DNA of 64,000 nt, taken from the NCBI GenBank assembly GCA_047602405.1, contig JASGHJ010000002.1, positions 1,024,001 to 1,088,000 of the forward strand, written 5' to 3'. A program made the translations under genes and the position numbers. Of this stretch, positions 19,480 to 30,472 are shown in pieces. The notes under the pieces were generated by a model, which worked only from the letters and a program-made list of their open reading frames with translations, did no database searches and was not told the DNA's origin. Source of the stretch: Anaeromyxobacteraceae bacterium. GTDB taxonomy: Bacteria; Myxococcota; Myxococcia; Myxococcales; Anaeromyxobacteraceae. Within the stretch, counting starts at the first letter, position 1. Each line of letters begins with the position of its first letter.

Positions 19480-21000
19480 CTAGTGCCCGCCCGCCGCGGC
19501 GGGGGCGCCGAGGAGCGTCGCCTGCAGGCGGCTCTCCGAGTCGAGGAGGAAGCTCGCGGCGGTGACGACGTGGTCGCCCTCGGCGAGGCCGGAGAGGATC
19601 GCCACCCGGCCGCCGGCCTGCGGGCCGACCCGCACCCGCCGCGGCTCGAAGCGCCCCTTCCCGAGCGAGACGAAGACGTACTGGACGTCGCCGGTGTCGA
19701 CGACGGCCTCGCGCGGGAGCGCGAGGGCCTCGGTCGCCTCGGTCTCGATGGTCACGTCCCCGTACATGCCGGGCTTGAGCTCGAGCTCGCGGTTCGGGAG
19801 CACCACCCGCGCCTGGAGCGCGCGGGTGCCGGTGGAGACCGCCGGGTAGAGGAAGTCCACCTTCCCCTCGAAGGTGCGGCCCGGGTACGCCGCGAGCTGG
19901 AGCGTCGCGCGCTGCCCGGCGCGCACCCGGCCCAGGTCCGCCTCGTAGACGTCGACGAGCACCCAGACCTGCGAGAGATCGGCGATCTGGAAGAGCTCGG
20001 TGCCGGGCTGCACGTAGGCGCCCTGCACGACGCTGCGGCGGGCGACGTGCCCCCGCACCGGGGACCGGATGTTCACGGCGCGCTGGGGCTTGCCGGTCTT
20101 CTGCAGCTCCTGGAAGTCCTGCGGCGCGAACCCGGCGAGCTCGAGCCGCTGGCGCGCGTCGCGCTCGGGGCCGCTCGTCGCGCCGGTGAGCGCGTTCGGG
20201 AGCTCCTGCTTCGCGTTCGACTCGGTCCAGCGGATCGCGTTCAGGAAGACCTGCTGCGCGTTCACCATGTCCGGGCTGTAGAGGGCGGCGAGCACCTGGC
20301 CCGCCCCGACCGGCTGCCCGGTGGCGCGGGCGGGCAGGCTCTCGACCCAGCCCGCGAAGCGGGTGGTGACCGACGCGATCCGCCCCTCGTCGGCGGTGAC
20401 GAACCCGACGGTGTGGACGTGCGCGGCGAGCGGCTGGCGGGCCGCGGCGATGGTGCGCAGGCCCATGAGCTGGATGCGGTCGGCGGAGAGCTCCACCGCG
20501 GCGAGCCCCGGGATGGGCTCCGGCGCGGGCGCCGCGGCCTGCTCGCCGGCGGCGGGGCCGACCGGCACGAGCTTCATGCCGCAGTCCGGGCAGCGCGCCT
20601 TCGGATCGGCCGTCACGAAGGCGAGGTGCATCGGGCAGGTGAACTGCTTCTCCGCGGCGGCGGGCCGTCCCTCGTCTCCGGGCCGCTTCGCGGCCCCATG
20701 TCCGGGAGCGACGGGGTTCGAGGCGGCCGGCGTCGCCGCGCCCGCCTTCACGAGGTCCATGCCGCAGATCGGGCACTCGCCCGGGCGCGCCTGCACGACC
20801 GTCGGGTGCATCGGGCACTGGTAGGTGCGCGCCTCGGTGAGCGCGCCGCCCGACACGGCGTGGTAGGTCCAGGCGCCCGCGGCCGCGAGCGCGACGAGCG
20901 CCACGATGGCCCAGCGCACGACGCCGGCGGTGTGCACGCCCGGCGGCGGACGCTCCTCGCCCTCGGGCATCGCGTCGTGCGCCTGCCTGGTGTCGCTCAT
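19480..21000 (-). CDS. cusB: CusB-like RND periplasmic adaptor with two heavy-metal-binding domains
   Basis: TM anchor; YQCPMHP...CPICGMDL and FTCPMH...CPDCGMKL; LKPGMYG; FLLDSESRL; RBS GAGGGGGG before ATG 21000. Confidence 0.9.
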   Translation of the reverse strand: MSDTRQAHDAMPEGEERPPPGVHTAGVVRWAIVALVALAAAGAWTYHAVSGGALTEARTYQCPMHPTVVQARPGECPICGMDLVKAGAATPAASNPVAPGHGAAKRPGDEGRPAAAEKQFTCPMHLAFVTADPKARCPDCGMKLVPVGPAAGEQAAAPAPEPIPGLAAVELSADRIQLMGLRTIAAARQPLAAHVHTVGFVTADEGRIASVTTRFAGWVESLPARATGQPVGAGQVLAALYSPDMVNAQQVFLNAIRWTESNAKQELPNALTGATSGPERDARQRLELAGFAPQDFQELQKTGKPQRAVNIRSPVRGHVARRSVVQGAYVQPGTELFQIADLSQVWVLVDVYEADLGRVRAGQRATLQLAAYPGRTFEGKVDFLYPAVSTGTRALQARVVLPNRELELKPGMYGDVTIETEATEALALPREAVVDTGDVQYVFVSLGKGRFEPRRVRVGPQAGGRVAILSGLAEGDHVVTAASFLLDSESRLQATLLGAPAAAGGH

Positions 21001-21109
21001 CGCTCCCCCCTCGAGGACCGGACGTCCCGCCCCAGCGGCACGGCCGGCCCTTGCTGTCACCTCGGGCGGCGCCGCGCGGGTGTTCCCGGCGGCGCCGCGG
21101 CGCGGCCCG

Positions 21110-21439
21110 CTACTCGGCGACGATCTCGCCGGCGATCATGTCCATGCCACAGGCGAAGCGGATCTTGCCCGCCTTCTTCGGCGTGATCGTCACGGCCACG
21201 GTCTCGCCGAGCGGCAGCTTCTTGTTCACGTTGTAGTCCTTGATGACAATCTCGGTGGCGCAGGTGGCCTTCACCTTGCGCGTCACCGAGAGCGTCAGCG
21301 GCTCGCCGACCTTGGCCTTCACGGCGGCGGGGGCGAACCCGTCCTCGTTCACGACCATGTCGACCTTCTTGCCGGCGCCGGCGAAGGCGGGCAGGGCGAC
21401 GAGTGCGACGGCGAGTGCGGCGGTGCGGACGACGTTCAT
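21110..21439 (-). CDS. Cupredoxin-domain periplasmic protein
   Basis: Signal peptide; 'GFAPA', 'ATCATE', 'FACGMDM..G' cupredoxin_1 motif; GAGG RBS. Confidence 0.88.
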   Translation of the reverse strand: MNVVRTAALAVALVALPAFAGAGKKVDMVVNEDGFAPAAVKAKVGEPLTLSVTRKVKATCATEIVIKDYNVNKKLPLGETVAVTITPKKAGKIRFACGMDMIAGEIVAE

Positions 21440-21671
21440 CGGGAGTCCTCGCGGGTGCGGGTTGGGCGCCGCATTCTCGCCGCTGTGGAAGGCCGGGTAA
21501 ACCCCTCCGGGGTCCTGCGACAGGGTCGCGTGCCGTCCGGGGCGCGCGGCGCGCGCCCGCACGGCCGGCCCGTCCCCTGAACATGGTGCCGGTTCGCCTG
21601 CGGGCGGGGCCGGGGTGGGCTACGATGCCCCTCACCTCCCGCCGCCCGCTTCACCGAAAGGAACACGAGAG

Positions 21672-22388
21672 ATGGCCTCGATCGGCTTCTTCGCCCGCCT
21701 CGGCAACCTCTGGAAGGGCTTCCTCTCCCTCTGGGTCTCCGACGCGGAGAAGGCCCACCCGGAGATCGCCTACGAGAACGCGATCAACGCGATGGTCGAG
21801 AAGTACGCCGGCCTGAAGCGCGCCACCGCCGGCCTCATCCGCCGCCGCGAGGAGATCGAGGCGCGCTTCGCGACGCAGACGCGGGAGCTCGCGCAGGTGA
21901 CCGCCGACCTCGACACCGCCGTCGCGACCAGCCAGGACGACCTCGCGCTCGTGCTCATCCAGAAGAAGCAGCAGCTCGAGCAGGAAATCGCGACCCTGAA
22001 GGGCGAGCTCGAGATCTCGGTGAAGGAGGCCGACTCCGCGAAGGCCTCCATCCTCTCCGTCCAGGGCGAGATCAAGAAGCTCAAGGCCGAGAAGGACCAG
22101 ATGCTCGCCCGGCTCCGCTCGGCGGAGGCGAAGCTGCGCATCCAGCAGCAGCTCGAGGGGCTCTCGGTCGAGGCCGACGTGAAGGCCCTCGAGAACGTGC
22201 GCGAGCACGTGAAGAACGTGGTCGCCGAGGCGAACCTCAACCAGGAGCTCTCCGGCTCCGACCTCGACAACCGGCTCGCGGCGCTCCGCGCCCAGACCGG
22301 CGACGTGACGGCCCGCTCCGAGCTCGAGCGGCTCAAGGCCGCCCGCGCCGCCGCCCAGGCCAACCCGCAGCAGAAGAAGACGCTCTAG
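21672..22388 (+). CDS. pspA: PspA/IM30 (ESCRT-III superfamily) protein
   Basis: N-terminal amphipathic helix ([22 protein letters not shown]); long coiled coils; 'DDLA..L..K'; '[18 protein letters not shown]'; AAGGA RBS. Confidence 0.85.
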   Translation: MASIGFFARLGNLWKGFLSLWVSDAEKAHPEIAYENAINAMVEKYAGLKRATAGLIRRREEIEARFATQTRELAQVTADLDTAVATSQDDLALVLIQKKQQLEQEIATLKGELEISVKEADSAKASILSVQGEIKKLKAEKDQMLARLRSAEAKLRIQQQLEGLSVEADVKALENVREHVKNVVAEANLNQELSGSDLDNRLAALRAQTGDVTARSELERLKAARAAAQANPQQKKTL

Positions 22389-24119
<1,731 letters not shown>

Positions 24120-24138
24120 GCTTGCAGGGCCCCGGGGG

Positions 24139-25098
24139 ATGACCTCCCCCCGCCTCGCAACCCTCGGGATCCTCGCGCTCCTCGCCTGCGCCCCCGCGCC
24201 GGGCCCGTCCGCGCCGCGGCCCGGAGGTCCGCCGCGCGTCCGGATCGCGACCTGGAACGTGCACGACCTCTTCGACGCCGAGGACCAGCGCTGGCCGCCC
24301 GGCGCCGCCGACGAGGTGCTCACGCCCGGGGAGGCCGAGGCGAAGCTCGCCGCGGTGGCCGAGGGCCTCCTCGCGCTCGACGCCGACGCGGTGCTCCTCG
24401 AGGAGGTCGAGAACGCCGGCGTCCTCGCCGCGCTCGCGGCGCGCGCCGGCTACCCGGAGGCCCGGCTCGTGGAGGGCAACGACCCGCGTGGCATCGACGT
24501 GGCGCTCCTCTCGCGCCTCCCGGTGCGGCGCTACGAGAGCCACCGGGACGCGCGCGGGCCGGACGGCAGCCTGCTCTGGTCGCGCGACGCGGTGGTGGCG
24601 GAGCTGGACGCCGGCGGCGCCGGGCCGCCGCTCGTCCTCGTGGGCTCCCACCTCGTCTCGCGCCTCTCCGACGACGGCACCCGGCGCGCGGCCCAGGCCG
24701 CCGGGCTCCGCGCGCTCGCCGACGCGGAGGCCGCGCGCGGCGCCGCCGTCCTCGCCGGCGGCGATCTCAACGACGGCGCCGGGGACCCGGGCCTCGCGCC
24801 GCTCCTCGGGGATGGCGCGTGGCGCTCCCTCGCGCCCGGCCCGCCGAGCTGGACCGACGGGGCGCGCAGCGCGCGCCTCGACCACTGGGCCGCGCCGGCG
24901 GACGGGCTCGGCGGCGTGGCGGCGGCGTGGGTGGAGGAGGGCGCGCCGTGGGCGAGCGCCTCGGACCACCGGCCGGTCGTCGTCGAGCTCGCCCTCCCTC
25001 AGGGCGCGGGCGGCGTGGTCGCCGCGAGCGCCGCCGCGTCGGCGAGCGCCCCGGCCACCCTGGCGCGCTCGGCGGGGGAGGGCGGGTCCCCGCCCTGA
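24139..25098 (+). CDS. Endonuclease/exonuclease/phosphatase family lipoprotein
   Basis: Lipobox LLAC; RIATWNV, LEEVEN, GDLND, RLDH, SDHRPV. Confidence 0.88.
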   Translation: MTSPRLATLGILALLACAPAPGPSAPRPGGPPRVRIATWNVHDLFDAEDQRWPPGAADEVLTPGEAEAKLAAVAEGLLALDADAVLLEEVENAGVLAALAARAGYPEARLVEGNDPRGIDVALLSRLPVRRYESHRDARGPDGSLLWSRDAVVAELDAGGAGPPLVLVGSHLVSRLSDDGTRRAAQAAGLRALADAEAARGAAVLAGGDLNDGAGDPGLAPLLGDGAWRSLAPGPPSWTDGARSARLDHWAAPADGLGGVAAAWVEEGAPWASASDHRPVVVELALPQGAGGVVAASAAASASAPATLARSAGEGGSPP

Positions 25099-26327
25099 TC
25101 ACACAGGCACGCGGGGCGGGCGCACGCCGGCCACGCCGCGGCAGCGCCCGGTGAGGTGGGCGCCGCCCGGCGGAGGGCCTCGAGCCGGGCCTCCCAGGCG
25201 GCGGGTGCCGCGGGGTGCGCCCGCTGCACCTCGCAGAACACGAGCCCGCGCAGGGAGGGCACGAGCGACCGCGCGAGCGCGGAGCGCTCGTCGACGCGCT
25301 CGAGCTCCGCCTGGACCAGCGCGGGCACGAGGAGGAGCGCGAGGCCGTCGCGGCCCACCTCGCGGAGCGGGTCGGGGCCTCGCGCGAGCCCGGCGGCGTC
25401 GGCGCGCTCGAGCGCGGCCGGGAGGAGGCTCGCGGCGTACTCCACGTAGGCGTCGTCGCGCCGGGCGCGGAGCTGGCCGCGCAGGTACCGGGAGGCCTCG
25501 TGGTGGACCTCCTCCACGAGGAGGTCGAGCTCCCGCCCGCGGTCCGGCACGCGCCCGACGGTCCGGACGCGCAGCGTGAAGGGGCCGGGGTCGAAGCGGG
25601 TGAGGTTGGTCGCGAGCACGGCGGGGCGCCCGCCGATCTCGACCGCGAGGAGCTGCCCCAGGAACGTGCGCTTCTCGGCGACCCGGGCGACGGCCTCGGG
25701 GTGGTCGTCGCGCGAGAGCGCGCGCCGCACCACGCCCCGCGCGACCCAGGCGCCCTCGAGGGACCGGTCCGCGTCGGCGAGCTTCGCGGCGAGCTCGCGC
25801 GCCTTCTCGCGCAGGGGGTCGTAGGTCACGTGCGCGCCGCGCGCGGTGAGGAGCTTCACGATCTCCCGCCGGCCGAAGCGCGCCGCCTCGTCGCCGGGCG
25901 TGGTGCCGCTGCAGGGCTGCTCGGGCTCGGCGCCGCGGTCGAGGAGCAGGGTCGCGAGCTCCACGTTCCCGCGCACGGCCGCGGCGAAGAGCGGCGAGAG
26001 CGCGCCGGGCGCGGGCGAGCCCGTGCAGCCGCGCAGCGACGCGCCCGCCTCGAGGAGCGCCACCGCCACCTCGCGGGAGCCCCCGTCCACCGCCGCGACG
26101 AGCGGCGTGCGGCCGAGGTTGTCGGGCGCCTCGACGTCGGCGCCGGCGCGGAGGAAGCGCCGGACGGTGGGGAGGTCTCCCCGCTGGGCGGCCTCGACGA
26201 GCGCCGCCGCCGTGAACGGCACGCCCGCCCGGAGGAGCTCCTCCCGCGGGTCGGGCGCGCGCCCGCGGCACGCGACGAGCGCGAGCGCGGCGGCGAACGG
26301 GGCGAGCGAGCGCGGGCGGGGCCGCAT
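24999..26327 (-). CDS. Ankyrin-repeat lipoprotein
   Basis: Lipobox LVAC; ankyrin repeats (GADVEAPDNLGRTPLVAAV, LSPLFAAAVRGNVEL, GTTPGDEAARFG). Confidence 0.82.
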   Translation of the reverse strand: MRPRPRSLAPFAAALALVACRGRAPDPREELLRAGVPFTAAALVEAAQRGDLPTVRRFLRAGADVEAPDNLGRTPLVAAVDGGSREVAVALLEAGASLRGCTGSPAPGALSPLFAAAVRGNVELATLLLDRGAEPEQPCSGTTPGDEAARFGRREIVKLLTARGAHVTYDPLREKARELAAKLADADRSLEGAWVARGVVRRALSRDDHPEAVARVAEKRTFLGQLLAVEIGGRPAVLATNLTRFDPGPFTLRVRTVGRVPDRGRELDLLVEEVHHEASRYLRGQLRARRDDAYVEYAASLLPAALERADAAGLARGPDPLREVGRDGLALLLVPALVQAELERVDERSALARSLVPSLRGLVFCEVQRAHPAAPAAWEARLEALRRAAPTSPGAAAAWPACARPACLCDQGGDPPSPAERARVAGALADAAALAATTPPAP

Positions 26328-26343
26328 CCCGCGACGATATCAG

Positions 26344-26416
26344 TGGGCCGCCAGGGATTCGAACCCTGAACAACACCGCTTAAAAGGCGGGTACGCTGCC
26401 ATTGCGTCAGCGGCCC
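26344..26416 (-). tRNA. tRNA-Lys (anticodon TTT)
   Basis: GGGCCGC/GCGGCCC acceptor, D arm ACGC/GCGT, anticodon loop CTTTTAA, T arm CAGGG-TTCGAAT-CCCTG. Confidence 0.92.
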
Positions 26417-26471
26417 TCGGCGAGGAGAGGTAGCGCCGAGGGCCTGCCCCGCGCAAGGTACAATGTTCGAG

Positions 26472-27251
26472 ATGTCAGGCCCGGCCGGCGCAGGTGGTGA
26501 AGGCGAGCTCCGCTTCGAGACCCCGGAGCGCGTCGCGCTGTCGCTCGAGGTCGCGGGCCTGGGAGACCGGGCCTTCGCCTGGCTCGTGGACCTGCTCTGC
26601 ATCTTCCTCGGCTGGATCCTGGCGCTCCTCCTCTACTCCATCTCCGGCGACCTCCTCCGCGAGTGGCAGGGCCTCTCCGCCGTCGGGCAGGTCCTCGCCG
26701 TCGCCGCGGTCTTCCTCTCGGGCTGGGGCTGGGACGTCGCGTGGGAGACGTTCGGCGGGGGCCGCACGCCGGGGAAGCGCGCGCTGGGGCTCAGGGTCGT
26801 GCGGAGCGACGGCGCGCCGGTCGGGCTCGCGGAGTCGCTCGCGCGGAACGTGCTCCGGGCGCTCGAGCTGCCGTTCGGCTACGCGCCGGGCGTGCTCATG
26901 GTGGCGCTCGGGCAGCGCCGGCAGCGGCTCGGCGACCTCGTGGCGGGCACGCTCGTCGTCCGCGATCGCCGGTACGACCTCTCCCGCTACGGCGCCGAGC
27001 CCTCCGGGGATCCGCGCTGGGCCGTGCTCCGCACCCGCGCCCCGGTCGCGCTCGACGCCGCGGGGTACGAGCAGCTCGTCGACTTCCTCGCCCGGCGGCA
27101 CGCGCTCGAGCCGGACGCCCGGGCCCGCATCGCGGCGCTCGCGGCGGACGGCCTCGCGGCGCGGGCCGGCGTCCCGGCGCCCGGCCCGGCCGACCGCGAG
27201 CCCTTCCTCGAGGCGTTCGCCGCCGCGCATGCGGGGGCGGGCGCGCCGTGA
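26472..27251 (+). CDS. RDD family membrane protein
   Basis: ETPERV.L..EVAGLGDRAFAWLVD, GRTPGKRALGLRVV, QRLGDLVAGT. Start is 26463 or 26472. Confidence 0.9.
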   Translation: MSGPAGAGGEGELRFETPERVALSLEVAGLGDRAFAWLVDLLCIFLGWILALLLYSISGDLLREWQGLSAVGQVLAVAAVFLSGWGWDVAWETFGGGRTPGKRALGLRVVRSDGAPVGLAESLARNVLRALELPFGYAPGVLMVALGQRRQRLGDLVAGTLVVRDRRYDLSRYGAEPSGDPRWAVLRTRAPVALDAAGYEQLVDFLARRHALEPDARARIAALAADGLAARAGVPAPGPADREPFLEAFAAAHAGAGAP

Positions 27252-28240
27252 GCCGCCCGCGCACCGTCGGCGCCTTCGTGCGGGCGCGGCGGGCGGCGTG
27301 GGACCGGCTCGACGCCCTCGCGGCGCGCGCCGCGAAGGGGCGGCTGCCGCTCGCCGAGGTGGAGGAGCTCGATCGCCTCTACCGGCGCGCCGCCGGCGAC
27401 CTCGCCTTCGCCCGGGTGGCGTTCCCCGGCTCGGACGCGGAGGGCCACCTCGCCCAGGTGACGGCGCGCGCGTACGGCACGCTCTACCGCCCGGAGCGGG
27501 CGGGCCTCGCGTCCGCCTGGCGGCTCTACGCCGTCGAGGCGCCCGCCGCCTTCCGGCGGAACCTCCGCGCGTTCGGGCTCGCCGCCGCGCTGCTCGCGGC
27601 CGGCCTCGCGGGCGGCGCGCTCGCGGTCCTCGCCGATCCCGGCGCCGCCGAGGTGCTCGTGCCGCGGGGCGTGCGCGACGCCGTGGCGGCGGGCCGGCTC
27701 TGGACGGACGACCTCCTCACCGCGGCGCCCGGCTTCACGGGCTCGGTCATCGCCCGCAACAACGTGGCGGTCGCCGCGCTCGCGTTCGGGCTCGGGCTCA
27801 CCGCGGGCGTCGGCACCGCGCTCCTCGTGGTCGCGAACGGGCTCGTCCTCGGCGCGGTCTTCGCGCACCTCGCCCGCCACGGCATGGTGGGCGGGCTCGC
27901 CGGCTTCGTGGCGGCGCACGGCCCGGCGGAGCTCTCGGCGCTGCTCCTCGCCGCGCAGGCGGGGTTCGTGCTCGCCTCGGCGCTCGTCGATCCCGGCGAG
28001 TCGCCCCGGGGGCTCGCGCTCGCGGCGCGGGGGCGGGAGGCGGTGCGGCTCGTCGCGGTGGTGATCCCGGTGCTCCTGCTCGTCGGGCTCGTCGAGGGCG
28101 GGGTGTCGCCCGGCGCGCGGTTCCCGGCGGCGGCGAAGGCGGCGCTCGGCCTCGCCCTCGCGGGCGGGCTGTTTGTCTACCTCTCGCTCGCGGGGGAACG
28201 GCGGGGGCACGCTACGCGCGGCGCCGGCGGGACGGCCTGA
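27248..28240 (+). CDS. Stage II sporulation protein M (SpoIIM/DUF95) family membrane protein
   Basis: GTGA overlap with the RDD gene; 'FV..RR..W.RL', 'LYRRAAGDLA', 'NNV.VA', 'HGPAEL', 'VEG.VSP'. Confidence 0.88.
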   Translation: MSRPRTVGAFVRARRAAWDRLDALAARAAKGRLPLAEVEELDRLYRRAAGDLAFARVAFPGSDAEGHLAQVTARAYGTLYRPERAGLASAWRLYAVEAPAAFRRNLRAFGLAAALLAAGLAGGALAVLADPGAAEVLVPRGVRDAVAAGRLWTDDLLTAAPGFTGSVIARNNVAVAALAFGLGLTAGVGTALLVVANGLVLGAVFAHLARHGMVGGLAGFVAAHGPAELSALLLAAQAGFVLASALVDPGESPRGLALAARGREAVRLVAVVIPVLLLVGLVEGGVSPGARFPAAAKAALGLALAGGLFVYLSLAGERRGHATRGAGGTA

Positions 28241-28604
28241 CCAGCACGACGTCGCGGGGGTCGGCCTCCGGCACGTCCGCGAGGCGCTCCGCGCGCGGCG
28301 TGGGTCGCCGCGGCGCGTTCCGGGCCTCGTCGGCCTCGAGCTTCGCGAACCACCGCGTGGCCTGCGACTTCACCCGCGCCCAGCGCGCGTCCTCCGCCGT
28401 CGCCATCGGCACGGCCTTCGGGGACGCCGGCCGCACGGGCGCGTCGAGGATGCGGGCGCCGGCGCGCCGCCGGAAGACCTCGCCGTAGAGCGAGGAGTGC
28501 GTGCGGGCGCAGAACGGGCACTGCCAGTAACGGATCGGGCTGCCGGGCGCGGACCAGCTCGTCATGACGACGTGGCAGTGGGTGCACTCGACGGCGGCTT
28601 CCAT
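28212..28604 (-). CDS. Zinc-ribbon hypothetical protein
   Basis: CTHC and CPFC pairs near the N-terminus (MEAAVECTHC...YWQCPFC). Confidence 0.7.
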   Translation of the reverse strand: MEAAVECTHCHVVMTSWSAPGSPIRYWQCPFCARTHSSLYGEVFRRRAGARILDAPVRPASPKAVPMATAEDARWARVKSQATRWFAKLEADEARNAPRRPTPRAERLADVPEADPRDVVLVRPSRRRRA

Positions 28605-28703
28605 CGAAGATCGAGATATCACCCGATCCGATCGGGTCAAGAATTCCGCTCTGATCTCGTCCACATGACGCAGAATGAGGGGTGGGGGTGGGGGAGGGTC
28701 CCG

Positions 28704-29621
28704 ATGGCCGCCGCGGTGAACCTGGATGGTGTCGTCGTCCCGCCGGCCGCGGCGCGGGTCTCGGTCTTCGACCGGGGCTTCCTGTACGCCGACTCGGTCT
28801 ACGAGGTCGTCCGCACCTACGGCGGGCGGCCGTTCGAGCTGCCCGCGCACCTCGGGCGGCTCGCCCGCTCCGCCGCCCGCGCCGCGCTGCCGCTCCGCTG
28901 GGACGCGGCGCGCACCACGGCCGAGGTCGCGCGGACGCTCGAGGCGGCCCGCGGCGGCGACGCCCCGGATCCCGCCGCCGCGCCGTGGAACGTGGGCGAG
29001 CGCTCCGTGCGGATCGTCATGACCCGCGGCTCCGGCGAGCTCGGCCTCGACCCGTCGCTCGCGGCCCACCCGCTCGCGGTGATCATCGCGCAGCCGCTCG
29101 CGGCGCCGCCCGCGCGCGCGTACCGGGAGGGCGTGAAGGCGCTCCTCGTGGGCGACCCGCGGCCGTCGACCGCCGATCCCGCGGCGAAGACCGGGGCCCA
29201 CCTTCCCCACGTGCTCGCCGTGGCCGAGGCGCGCGCGGCCGGCGCCCACGAGGCGCTGCTCGTCGGCCCCGACGGCGGCGTCACCGAGGGGGCCTCGTCC
29301 AACCTCTTCGTCGTCTCCGGCGGGCGCCTCGTCACGCCGCCCGTCGCGGCCGGGATCCTGGAGGGGGTCACGCGGGGCGTCGTCCTCGCCCTCGCGCGCG
29401 CGGAGGGGGTGCCCGTCGAGGAGCGCCGCCTCGCGCCGGACGCGCTCGAGCGTGCGGACGAGGTCTTCATCACCTCGACGGCCCGCGAGATCCTGCCCGT
29501 GACGCGCCTCGGCGAGCGCGCCGTCGGGGCGGGGTGTCCCGGACCGGTCACCTTCGCGCTCCACCGCGCCTTCCGGCGGCTCGCAGGAGGACCCGAGGGC
29601 GTCGGCGCGGCGTACCTGTAG
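28704..29621 (+). CDS. Class IV aminotransferase (D-amino-acid/branched-chain/ADC-lyase-like)
   Basis: DRGFLYADSVYE, H..RL..SA, AKTG, EGASSNLF, ILEGVTR, ADEVFITST. Confidence 0.92.
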   Translation: MAAAVNLDGVVVPPAAARVSVFDRGFLYADSVYEVVRTYGGRPFELPAHLGRLARSAARAALPLRWDAARTTAEVARTLEAARGGDAPDPAAAPWNVGERSVRIVMTRGSGELGLDPSLAAHPLAVIIAQPLAAPPARAYREGVKALLVGDPRPSTADPAAKTGAHLPHVLAVAEARAAGAHEALLVGPDGGVTEGASSNLFVVSGGRLVTPPVAAGILEGVTRGVVLALARAEGVPVEERRLAPDALERADEVFITSTAREILPVTRLGERAVGAGCPGPVTFALHRAFRRLAGGPEGVGAAYL

Positions 29622-29704
29622 GCGGTCGAGCGCCGAGGTGAGACGCCGCGCGGACCCTCGGTTCGCCTCGCCCGCCGGCTCGCCTCCTTGCTAGACTGCC
29701 GGGC

Positions 29705-30460
29705 GTGAAGCGTCTCGCCGTCGCGGCCTTGCTCGGGACCCTCGCGGTCGCGCTCGCCGCCGACATGGTCGAGACGGCCATCGCCGCGCTGCGGAGCGAT
29801 CCCTCGCTGAAGGTCCGCACCCAGGCCGCGCTCATCCTCGGCTCGCGCAAGGCCACCCAGGCCGTCCCCGCGCTGTCCGAGGCGGTCGAGCGCGACGACT
29901 CCGCGGCCGTCCGCATCGCCGCCGCGAGCGCGCTCGGCAAGATCAAGGACCCCGGCGGCCGCGGCGCCCTCGAGCACGCCCGCGACAAGGACCCCGACGC
30001 CTCCGTCCGGACCGCCGCCGCGAAGGCCCTCGAGGCGCTCGCGCCCGCGCCGGTGCCGGCCCCCCCGCCGACCGCGCCCGGCGCGACGGCGTTCTCGATC
30101 GAGGAGCCCGTCGGCGCCGCCGGCGGGCCGTCCGAGCGCCGCGCGCTGCGCGAGGCGCTCACGAAGTACCTGACCGACCGGGGCTACGCCGTCGTCCCCC
30201 AGGGCGGCATGACGCTCAAGCCCTCCGTCGTCGCGCTCGACGTGAAGCAGCAGGAGGGGAAGACGGTCATCTCGGTGCGCGCAGGGCTGCTCGCCGTCGA
30301 GGGGAGCGGCCGCATGGCGGCCATGCTCGACGCCGGCGCGAAGCTCTCGGCCACCGGCAAGGTCCCGGACGGGAAGCTCGCCGCCTACTCCGCGAAGGCG
30401 CTCGACGCCGCCGCGCGCACGCTCTGCGACGATCTCGCGTCCAGGCTCTCGGAACGGTAG
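29705..30460 (+). CDS. Secreted HEAT-repeat protein
   Basis: Signal peptide; HEAT-like repeats DPSLKVRTQAALILG, DDSAAVRIAAASALG, DPDASVRTAAAKAL. Confidence 0.8.
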   Translation: MKRLAVAALLGTLAVALAADMVETAIAALRSDPSLKVRTQAALILGSRKATQAVPALSEAVERDDSAAVRIAAASALGKIKDPGGRGALEHARDKDPDASVRTAAAKALEALAPAPVPAPPPTAPGATAFSIEEPVGAAGGPSERRALREALTKYLTDRGYAVVPQGGMTLKPSVVALDVKQQEGKTVISVRAGLLAVEGSGRMAAMLDAGAKLSATGKVPDGKLAAYSAKALDAAARTLCDDLASRLSER

Positions 30461-30472
30461 AAAGGACTGCGC

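Noticed and set aside
14015..20818. 2267-aa minus-strand ORF and other very long Arg/Pro/Gly-rich ORFs (e.g. 16060-21186, 7027-9936, 10071-12956, 2435-5806)
   Set aside because: Shadow frames caused by stop-codon scarcity in high-GC DNA. Only their terminal segments correspond to real genes (sterol desaturase, 86-aa protein, collagen-like protein).
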